This document shows positions 9,196 to 16,635 of a stretch of 20,000 bases of DNA, in pieces. The notes beneath the pieces are model-generated. The model did not search any database. It was not told the origin of the DNA and worked only from the letters and a program-made list of their open reading frames with translations. Each line of letters starts with the position of its first letter. Position 1 is the stretch's first letter. This stretch comes from an uncultured virus (IMG/VR IMGVR_UViG_3300048571_000076) (taxonomy: Duplodnaviria > Heunggongvirae > Uroviricota > Caudoviricetes), in IMG/VR virus record IMGVR_UViG_3300048571_000076, one strand, 5' to 3'. Made by a program: the position numbers and the translations under genes.

Positions 9196-11871
9196 ATGGT
9201 TAATAGAATACCTACACCACGACATAGTTTACGTTATCGTTCCTTTAAGAAAGCACAGTTTGATAAACAACGTCGTGATAATTTAAAATCAATGACTGAT
9301 AAACCTATTGACTTCTTTGCAGATGAAAAGATAGCAAAGAATATAGCAAGTTATATCGATAAAACATCAATAGGAGAATTAGATTTACTATATTTATATT
9401 CAGATACAGCACTAGAGAATAAGATAACATCATTTTTACCTGATGTAGCTAGTGCTGCAAAGATAAGATTTAAGAAAACACTAAGACAAGGATATATCGA
9501 TTTCTTAGATTTAGGTATTCAACATACTATATTGGATTATCTATATATGTTACCTAAAGTAAAAGGGGTATTAGATAAATCACCTGCACGATTTTCTAGC
9601 TTTGATGGTACTTTGACTGATTTTGTACTAGGTAATTCAGAGACTATAGCAGAGTTTAATAGTTATGATGATTTAACTAAAAAAGAGAAAGATGCAATTG
9701 ATAGAGCAGATAATGAATTAAATCGATTAGCTAATTCATTAGATAGATTGGGTTCAAATGGTAAGCCAGGAGGTTCATCTACTATTGGTAAGTATGCTCT
9801 AAGTCGTACAGGTAGATTAGCTCGTATGAGTTTTGAAGAACGATATCGTTTCTTAATTATTATGCAAGACATTGATAATTTTAAGAAAAGAGCCGAAGTA
9901 AGTAAAAAGAATTTCGTAGCTGATACTTATTTAGATAGACGTTATCAGGTACTAGAAGAAGACCTTACAGGCAAATATAATGAATATGTTAAACAAAGAA
10001 TAGCTAGTTTTCTTAAAGAAGAGACTCGTTACTTAAGTACATTAAAAGGAAGAGGTGCTTCTGTAGAAGAACTATCAAGAGATATTCAAGCAAAGTTAGC
10101 TGAGTATGATAGAAAGGTTAATAAACTTAGCAAAAAAGCTACACAGGCACAGACAAATCGTACAAGATATGGTAGAAGAGCAGAGACAATTATAGCTACC
10201 GAAGTCTCAACTGCTTATAATTTTGGTAAGTTACTAGGTTTTAGTGGGCCTGAAGATTTAGAGAAACGTTTAACTTGGAGAGCAGACTGGGAATTACAGA
10301 GTAATAGAAGCGATTATGAAGTATGTAAATACTGTTCTTTAATGGATGGTACTTCTTATACAGTAAGAGAGTTATTAGTAATTGGTACTCAATTAGATAT
10401 AGGTGCAGGGGGGTTTGGTAAGGATTGGCCTGCTGGGGGTAGGACAGGATTTAAGAATCCTTCTTTACCTATGATACCTGGTCATCCCAACTGTGTTACA
10501 CCCGATATGCAAGTGCTGTGTTACAATAACGAGTATAAACGAATCGATTCTTTAAAAGTAGGGGATATAGTCATAGCTCCTACTGAAGAGTTATTCCATA
10601 AAATCTCATATATTCATAAAAATAAGCACAATGACTCAGTATACAAGATTAGATTTGATAACGGAACAGAATCAACTTTTACAGGAAATCATCCAATCCG
10701 GCTTTCTTCGGGATGGGTTGACGCTAGAGATGTTAAGGCAGGAGATATCGCATTTGAGTACATTGAGAAAAGTAATACCAGCTTACCAAATGTATCAAAC
10801 TACTCAAAATCAAAAAATAGTATGTCGCTCTTTGAAAATATCAGAAAGTACTTTGATTCGAATTTTAAAACTAAGTCACCTACATCGAACACTAAAAGAT
10901 GTGTTGGCTACTCGAAATATATCCGCCGAGATTCGAAAAGCTACCTCAGACAGAATGAAAAAGAACAATCCTGTACATATGCCAGGGGTAATCGAGAAGA
11001 TAAAAGCCACTCAGTTATTAAACAGCAATGGTTTAAAAACAGCTCATTACAAATCTTTGACTGGACGCGGGCATTATCGAGTAGGTATGCGAGAGGATTT
11101 ACAGCACTTTTTTCGAAGCAGTTGGGAAGCGAATATTGCTCGAATTTTAAATTATTTAAATCTACACTGGGAGTACGAGAAAGAAGTACCATTAACAAAA
11201 TATTCCAGTTATTTCCCAGATTTTTATCTACCAGATTACAATCTATATATCGAGGTAAAGGGATATTGGACATCAGATGGAAAAAAGAAATTCAAACATG
11301 CCCGAAAGAAGTACCCATTTATGAATCTGTTACTAATAGACCAAAAAGTATACAAGAAATGCCTATCGACTTTCAAAGACTTAATTCAATTCGAGTAATT
11401 GATGTGGAAATTATTGAGTATAAAGGGTATGTTTATAATTTAGAGGTTGAAGGAGCGCATACATTTATCGTTAACAGTGTACTAACACACAACTGTAGTT
11501 GTTTTTGGGAAATTGCGGGACTTGAAGAACGTTTAACGTCTGAAGAATTATATGAAGATGTGCCTATAGAATCTGTCAAACAATTAGACCCGAATGCTCT
11601 GACAGTACCAAGTAAGGCAGGAACTCTAGCTATGCAAGTAGCTGGTGCTGGTTTATTAGTAGGTGGTGCTTTCTTATTAGCTAGAAGTAATCTATGGAAC
11701 ACAGCATTTAGTAGTATGTTTAATAAAAATACCTATACGTTCCCCTTAGTACCATTTGATGATGTATTAGAAAATGTAGTTAAATATAGTGATGATGTAT
11801 TTGATGACTCTGTAACTCAAGCTGTAACAGATACAGTGATAAACAGTTTACCCGATATTAATTTGAAGTAG
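9196..11871 (+). CDS. MuF / SPP1 gp7-family head morphogenesis protein containing an intein
   Basis: RRAETIIATEVSTAYNFG, LTWRA, VCKYCSLMDG and the terminal PGHPN|CSC motif (cf. HPNCRC) split by an intein; C-terminal hydrophobic helix VAGAGLLVGGAFLLA. Confidence 0.85.
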   Translation: MVNRIPTPRHSLRYRSFKKAQFDKQRRDNLKSMTDKPIDFFADEKIAKNIASYIDKTSIGELDLLYLYSDTALENKITSFLPDVASAAKIRFKKTLRQGYIDFLDLGIQHTILDYLYMLPKVKGVLDKSPARFSSFDGTLTDFVLGNSETIAEFNSYDDLTKKEKDAIDRADNELNRLANSLDRLGSNGKPGGSSTIGKYALSRTGRLARMSFEERYRFLIIMQDIDNFKKRAEVSKKNFVADTYLDRRYQVLEEDLTGKYNEYVKQRIASFLKEETRYLSTLKGRGASVEELSRDIQAKLAEYDRKVNKLSKKATQAQTNRTRYGRRAETIIATEVSTAYNFGKLLGFSGPEDLEKRLTWRADWELQSNRSDYEVCKYCSLMDGTSYTVRELLVIGTQLDIGAGGFGKDWPAGGRTGFKNPSLPMIPGHPNCVTPDMQVLCYNNEYKRIDSLKVGDIVIAPTEELFHKISYIHKNKHNDSVYKIRFDNGTESTFTGNHPIRLSSGWVDARDVKAGDIAFEYIEKSNTSLPNVSNYSKSKNSMSLFENIRKYFDSNFKTKSPTSNTKRCVGYSKYIRRDSKSYLRQNEKEQSCTYARGNREDKSHSVIKQQWFKNSSLQIFDWTRALSSRYARGFTALFSKQLGSEYCSNFKLFKSTLGVRERSTINKIFQLFPRFLSTRLQSIYRGKGILDIRWKKEIQTCPKEVPIYESVTNRPKSIQEMPIDFQRLNSIRVIDVEIIEYKGYVYNLEVEGAHTFIVNSVLTHNCSCFWEIAGLEERLTSEELYEDVPIESVKQLDPNALTVPSKAGTLAMQVAGAGLLVGGAFLLARSNLWNTAFSSMFNKNTYTFPLVPFDDVLENVVKYSDDVFDDSVTQAVTDTVINSLPDINLK
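10492..11493 (+). mobile_element. Class-1-type intein (334 aa) inserted in the MuF HPN/C motif
   Basis: Starts CVTPDMQV (block A), then KRIDSLKVGD, block B TGNHPI, GWVDARDVKAGD; ends VYNLEVEGAHTFIVNSVLTHN with +1 Cys. Removing it restores GHPNCSC. Confidence 0.93.
10754..11398 (+). CDS. Out-of-frame putative homing endonuclease (HTH + NUMOD3-like + PD-(D/E)XK, T7 endonuclease I-like) nested in the intein; ORF open from 10631, preferred start TTG 10754
   Basis: Frame 2 encodes FRSSWEANIARIL..WEYE..YFPDFYL..YIEVKGYW (PD..EVK active site), SAEIRKATSDRMKKNNP (NUMOD3-like) and QKIVCRSLKISESTLIRILK (HTH-like). AGGAG at 10740-10744 lies 9 nt before the TTG; the start is uncertain (ATGs at 10631 and 10730 are alternatives). 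Confidence 0.85.
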   Translation: MSTLRKVIPAYQMYQTTQNQKIVCRSLKISESTLIRILKLSHLHRTLKDVLATRNISAEIRKATSDRMKKNNPVHMPGVIEKIKATQLLNSNGLKTAHYKSLTGRGHYRVGMREDLQHFFRSSWEANIARILNYLNLHWEYEKEVPLTKYSSYFPDFYLPDYNLYIEVKGYWTSDGKKKFKHARKKYPFMNLLLIDQKVYKKCLSTFKDLIQFE

Positions 11872-12130
11872 TCATATAAAAGAAAGATATAGGTTTTCTA
11901 TATAATTTACTGAATTGTAATAATTTAAAAGCACTGACATTACTACCTTTTTCGTATTTAGATATACTATCTTGAGATAAACCTAATTTCTCTCCTACTA
12001 CTTCTTGAGATAAATCTGCGTCAAGTCTAGCTTTTTTAAGTAAAGTACCTACATTTCTATTAAAAGAAGCAGTTTCACTAGCTGTTTCTTCTGTAATGGG
12101 TGCTCTTTGATAGTGATTAAGTAAAGACAT
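11858..12130 (-). CDS. XRE/Cro-C1-type HTH transcriptional regulator
   Basis: VGTLLKKARLDADLSQEVVGEKLGLSQDSISKYEKG..KLLQFSKLYRKPISFF is a canonical HTH_3 pattern. Confidence 0.9.
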   Translation of the reverse strand: MSLLNHYQRAPITEETASETASFNRNVGTLLKKARLDADLSQEVVGEKLGLSQDSISKYEKGSNVSAFKLLQFSKLYRKPISFFYMTTSN

Positions 12131-12160
12131 TTAATATAAAGAAGTATAATATAAGTATTC

Positions 12161-12178
12161 TACGTAAACCGTTACGTA
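12161..12178. promoter_or_regulatory. Interrupted palindrome, candidate operator
   Basis: TACGTAA-accg-TTACGTA in the divergent XRE/protease intergenic region, next to TGT-TATTAT (12180-12188). Confidence 0.45.
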
Positions 12179-12246
12179 ATGTTATTATCTATATAATATA
12201 CTGTATATACAAAGTCCGTAATAATTACTATAAAAAAGCTATTTAT

Positions 12247-13215
12247 ATGAAACGAAAAAGAAATCAAGGGTTAGTATATTTTGGTAATCAAGGATATAGT
12301 AACTTCTTTGAAGGAATGAATTCTGATGGTGATGGCGGTATCACTAAGAAAGCTCTAGTAGCTGTAGAAGGCACTTTTGATGATAGTCAAGGAAACTCAC
12401 ACACATTTAGTCCTGAGCGATTGAACACTATTGCTGACCATACTAATACTGCATTAGAGATGGGTAGTATTATTCCTGTATGTCAAGACCATAATAAGAC
12501 TGTAGATTCTACTGTGGGTACAGTAGATGGTATGGCTTATGTCAAACCAATTGAACAATCTGACCTACCTAATGCAAAGTCAACTCATCTTCTAGGTAAG
12601 TTAGGTTTGTTCTTAGAAGATGTGCATATCAAAACTGCAAACGCTGTTAATAAAGTTAGAGATGGTGTTGTTACTTCTGTCTCAATGGGATTGAATTTAG
12701 ACCCAAAAGAACATAGAATAATGGAGTTATCTCTCGTGCCTATTCCTGCTATTCCTAATATGGGTTTGTTTAGACATAAATCTGCTTCCTTCGGTATGCA
12801 AGAAGATATTGATTCTCAAGCATTTACATGGGAAGACCTAGAGCAAGATTCTCTCGCAATGGATGAATTGCAAGATGAATTTGATGACTTAACTAAGCAA
12901 CTATGGTTAATTCTAAAAAATATCTATACTTCAGACGCAGTTAACATTACTGATGTTAATGTGCTTAAACAATATGTTTACAGTGCGATGAATGGTTATT
13001 CGATTAGAGTTATGGATTTGCTTGGTTTGAATGATGAACCAGAACCTACTGACCCTATGGCCGATGCTTCTGCTATGAATGCTAGTCAAGCTCAACAAAT
13101 GCAACAAACTCAATTACAAGATGTGAATCAAGCATCTATGCCTATGGGTGCTGCATATGGTAAAGCTCAGAGTGGTTTGATTAACTTTAAGAAAGCGGCT
13201 ATCTATTTAAAATAA
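12247..13215 (+). CDS. Prohead protease (Mu gpI/assemblin-fold-like) with an acidic scaffold-like C-terminal part
   Basis: GTFDDSQG..FSPERL..IPVCQDH (candidate catalytic His), VG-x-V, VRDG..SVSMG (candidate catalytic Ser), IMELSLVPIPAIPNM; located near MuF; acidic and Q-rich tail after KSASF. Confidence 0.75.
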   Translation: MKRKRNQGLVYFGNQGYSNFFEGMNSDGDGGITKKALVAVEGTFDDSQGNSHTFSPERLNTIADHTNTALEMGSIIPVCQDHNKTVDSTVGTVDGMAYVKPIEQSDLPNAKSTHLLGKLGLFLEDVHIKTANAVNKVRDGVVTSVSMGLNLDPKEHRIMELSLVPIPAIPNMGLFRHKSASFGMQEDIDSQAFTWEDLEQDSLAMDELQDEFDDLTKQLWLILKNIYTSDAVNITDVNVLKQYVYSAMNGYSIRVMDLLGLNDEPEPTDPMADASAMNASQAQQMQQTQLQDVNQASMPMGAAYGKAQSGLINFKKAAIYLK

Positions 13216-13225
13216 GGACTGTACT

Positions 13226-14782
13226 ATGAATTTACTAACCGCTGAATACGGAACTAGACTATATCTTGCATCTTTCGCTAAGGTAGGTAATCCATTTGGA
13301 GAGGAACAAGAATATAAAGTAAAGATGAAAAACGGTGTAGTAGATGGTAGCCCTGGTTCTACATTAACTACCCAGAAAGGTACTCAAAAAGATATATCAT
13401 CTATAGCTCAGAATCAAAATAGAGGTGCTTTATCCGGTCTCACACCTTCTGAGGTAGATGTAGCAGACAGAGTATATCGAGGTAGAAATGACTCATTAGG
13501 TTTACAAGACCCTAATGTATTACAGCGTTATGCTTCGAGTCCTACTACATCGACTGCTGACCAAGCTAGGTTAAGTCAAGCAATTACGGGTAAGACTTTA
13601 AATACTCCTGAAGATTTACTTAAACAAGCAATCGCTAATCAACGTACTGCAACTGTAGCTAATGATACAGCAGGATTAGGAAGTACAAAACCTTTGTCAC
13701 TATCTTCATCAGAGTTAGGTAGTCGTTCTGCCCGTTCACAATCTCTAATTGATTCTAGAGATTTAGATGAGTTCTACCGTACTATAAATTCTGGTGGTAA
13801 ACCTAGTAGACAAGTTACAGATAAAGCTAGAACAGCATTACAAAACTTAACTAATGCTCAACGTACATCTGCGTCTCCTTTAGATGAATTACTAAATGCT
13901 ACTAAAGATGTAGCTTACTTAACTGATAATGCAAAACCTGCGAGTGTTACTCCAGATATAGCAGCAGCAGGTAGAAATAAAAAGAAAGCTGCCTTACCTG
14001 TTAAACCTACATACATTGACCCTAATTCTACAGATGTTAGTTATAAACCTAAAACTAGACAACCAGGACAAGTAAGTGGTGTCCAACGAAGAGCAGATAG
14101 ATTAACTCAAGCAAAAGATTATAGTACTAGAGCTGCTCAAAACTTACCTGCTGGTGGTGTTGTTACAGATGATTTACTATATACATTAGCTGGTCAACAA
14201 CGTCCTCCAACATTAGGTGAGAAAGTTGCTGGTGTGCCTGCTGCCATTGGGAAAGCAAAACAAGATGCTGAAGCACGTAAAGCTGCTGGTATAGCTAAAC
14301 GACAAGCAGCTAAGAATCCTCCTGCTCCTAAACCTTCTACTCCTGCTAATCCATTATCCTTAACTTCAGCTCCTACTGGCAAAACTAGTGGTAAAGCTAA
14401 AGGAAAATCCGATGCTATTACAGGTAAATTAAAAGTTGGTAACACAGATATAGAAGGAGAAGTTAATATACCTAAATGGTTAAGAGGTAAAGCAGAAGCT
14501 AAACCTAAAGTACCAGGGAAGTTAAAGATTAATAATCCAATTGATAATGGCTCTATTATTAAAACTATTAGAGATAAAGTTAGTAAACTTGCACCATCTG
14601 GTAAAGCTGGGTTACTAGCTGGAGGTGCTGTTCTAGGCGGCGCTGGTTTACTAGGAGGAGGGGCTTTGCTTGCTAATAATAATCGAATCAAACAGGAAGA
14701 GAGACAACGACAACTAGATATAGTAGCTCAACGTCCTCCAATGCTACCTCAAAATCAATTACCTAATCAATACATGTACTAA
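13226..14782 (+). CDS. Low-complexity, largely disordered basic protein with a C-terminal glycine-zipper helix; putative internal head protein
   Basis: 518 aa; AAGGA RBS; leader MNLLTAEYGTRLYLASF; K/P/A-rich body; AGLLAGGAVLGGAGLLGGGALLA near the C-terminus. Confidence 0.6.
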   Translation: MNLLTAEYGTRLYLASFAKVGNPFGEEQEYKVKMKNGVVDGSPGSTLTTQKGTQKDISSIAQNQNRGALSGLTPSEVDVADRVYRGRNDSLGLQDPNVLQRYASSPTTSTADQARLSQAITGKTLNTPEDLLKQAIANQRTATVANDTAGLGSTKPLSLSSSELGSRSARSQSLIDSRDLDEFYRTINSGGKPSRQVTDKARTALQNLTNAQRTSASPLDELLNATKDVAYLTDNAKPASVTPDIAAAGRNKKKAALPVKPTYIDPNSTDVSYKPKTRQPGQVSGVQRRADRLTQAKDYSTRAAQNLPAGGVVTDDLLYTLAGQQRPPTLGEKVAGVPAAIGKAKQDAEARKAAGIAKRQAAKNPPAPKPSTPANPLSLTSAPTGKTSGKAKGKSDAITGKLKVGNTDIEGEVNIPKWLRGKAEAKPKVPGKLKINNPIDNGSIIKTIRDKVSKLAPSGKAGLLAGGAVLGGAGLLGGGALLANNNRIKQEERQRQLDIVAQRPPMLPQNQLPNQYMY

Positions 14783-14794
14783 GGATATTTATCA

Positions 14795-16276
14795 ATGGAT
14801 TACACTACTAGAAAAGATTTTCAATTTAGAGCAACTAAGCAACATGTACGCAGGCAGATATCTGATAGCATTAGAGCTGATTTAGCTAATATGCAACAAG
14901 CCAAGAGCGACCATCTTGCTGACTTTATCTCTCCCGCTATTCGTAATTTAGGTTTACTTGGTGCTGGCTTAGGTGCGACTAAAGGTGCATTGGAACCAGG
15001 GCTAGATGATGCAGGTCAACCTATGAGCATGTCAGGGAGGTTAGGTAATATACTAACTAATTCTGTTATGGGTGGTGTAGCTGGAGCTGGGGCAGGTGTC
15101 GGATATAAAGCACTTAATCCAGGAGCTAATTCTATTGCTAGTAGAGTTGGTGGTGCTATATCAGATATACCTGATGCAATTGCAGGTAAGCAAGGGTTAT
15201 TAGATAAGATTACTGATACTGCTAATGCTGATGTATTAGATGTCAGACCTAGTAAAATTGGGGAAACAAGTAGAGCGGTTCAAGGCAGAATTAGACGTGA
15301 TAAGTCTAGAACTAAACAATTCTTTACAGGAAAAGGTCAAGGTGTAGTAGAAGAAGCGAGACCAGTAGGTAAGACTATTACTACAATTGACCCTACTACT
15401 CAAGAAGCGACAGAACAATTCATTCCTACTAAGAATAAATTTGGAGATGATGTAACAGAAAATGTAACATCTGTAACTAATAATGCTCAAATAGACCAAA
15501 CTCCAGGAGTTAAACGTGCAGCTCAAATCGCAGGTGCTACTATTGGTGGTGGTTTAGGTAGTGCATTAGGCCCACTGGGTACACTCGGAGGTGTTGGTGG
15601 TGGTGTTGCTTTAGGAAGTAAAGTAGGAGATGCTGTTGTAGAAACCGCTGATGCTATTAATTCTAAAGGTCTTTTAGGAGGCATAGCGGCAAAAGCATCA
15701 ACAGATTTAGAGAGAACGAAACAAGCACTTGACTATGTAGGTGATGTACCTAAGCAAGCTGTTACTGGAGCTATATCTGGTATCGGTAATGCTTATTCTG
15801 GTGTTACTCAAAATCCTACTGTACAAAAGGTAGGGAATACTTTTAGAGGTCAACTAAGAGATATACGACAAAACTTAGGTTTCGAGCAATCATCTAAACA
15901 TATAGTTCATTTTGGAAGTCAACCTATCAATGGCTATCAAATTGGTGCAGGTGCGGGGTTAGGTCTTGGTATAGGAGCAGGTGCTATTAGTCAAATTGCT
16001 GACACAATGAACAGACAGGGAGTTAGAGAGCAACAAGAAATACAAGACATTAATGCTATTGATAATCCGTATATGAGAGTTGGTGCTTATCAAGACTATA
16101 CGAGTGAAGACAATACTAATTTACGTAGTCTCAGAGATAGTGGTGATGTATTAGCTAGAGGCGCATTAGGTGCTGGTGTTGGTGCTGGTGTTGGTTTAGG
16201 AGTTGGTGGCTTTGCTGGTTCTTTACTTGATAACGCACAAAAGAAACGTGGTCTTTTAAGTAAATTAAGAGGTTAA
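14795..16276 (+). CDS. Multi-module glycine-zipper protein; putative internal head/ejection protein
   Basis: 493 aa; AAGGA RBS; HLADF and HIVHF linkers; at least five GxxxG-rich hydrophobic segments. Confidence 0.6.
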   Translation: MDYTTRKDFQFRATKQHVRRQISDSIRADLANMQQAKSDHLADFISPAIRNLGLLGAGLGATKGALEPGLDDAGQPMSMSGRLGNILTNSVMGGVAGAGAGVGYKALNPGANSIASRVGGAISDIPDAIAGKQGLLDKITDTANADVLDVRPSKIGETSRAVQGRIRRDKSRTKQFFTGKGQGVVEEARPVGKTITTIDPTTQEATEQFIPTKNKFGDDVTENVTSVTNNAQIDQTPGVKRAAQIAGATIGGGLGSALGPLGTLGGVGGGVALGSKVGDAVVETADAINSKGLLGGIAAKASTDLERTKQALDYVGDVPKQAVTGAISGIGNAYSGVTQNPTVQKVGNTFRGQLRDIRQNLGFEQSSKHIVHFGSQPINGYQIGAGAGLGLGIGAGAISQIADTMNRQGVREQQEIQDINAIDNPYMRVGAYQDYTSEDNTNLRSLRDSGDVLARGALGAGVGAGVGLGVGGFAGSLLDNAQKKRGLLSKLRG

Positions 16277-16280
16277 GTTT

Positions 16281-16619
16281 GTGAATAAGTATAGTCATTT
16301 TGGTTTACGTTCACCTATTCCTAATATAGACCTTTCTAATGCCCCTCCTGGTTCTTTACCACTTACATTAGGTTCTCAAATTGGAACAGGTGTAGGTGGT
16401 TTATTAGGTGTAGAGCGTAGTTTAGAAGAAGGTATGGATGAGGAAGGTAACTTAACTAACCCTCTTAAAGCATTAGCTAAATCTGCAGTATATGTGCCTG
16501 CTGGAGCTACAGTCGGTACTCTAACTGGTTTAAGTGGGGGTGTATTACTGAATAGAATGAGAGGCATTAATAATCTAGATGCTTTACGTTATACTAGTAA
16601 TCAAGTATTCAATAACTAA
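16281..16619 (+). CDS. Small glycine-zipper hairpin protein
   Basis: 112 aa; GTG start with GAGG upstream; leader MNKYSHF; two Gly-rich helices around EEGMDEEGN. Confidence 0.6.
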   Translation: MNKYSHFGLRSPIPNIDLSNAPPGSLPLTLGSQIGTGVGGLLGVERSLEEGMDEEGNLTNPLKALAKSAVYVPAGATVGTLTGLSGGVLLNRMRGINNLDALRYTSNQVFNN

Positions 16620-16635
16620 TAATAAATAAAAAATC

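Noticed and set aside
10941..11273. Third (minus-strand) ORF within the intein
   Set aside because: 110 aa with no recognisable motif; triple coding is unsupported.
10760..11395. Intein as a frameshifted, decayed pseudogene
   Set aside because: Both frames are fully open, catalytic motifs of both the splicing domain and the nuclease are intact, and codon choice avoids stops in the overlapping frame.
1098..13113. Other short minus-strand ORFs (1098, 4570, 6214, 7823, 9663, 11433, 12931; also 19136)
   Set aside because: 60-89 aa, antisense to well-supported genes, no motifs.
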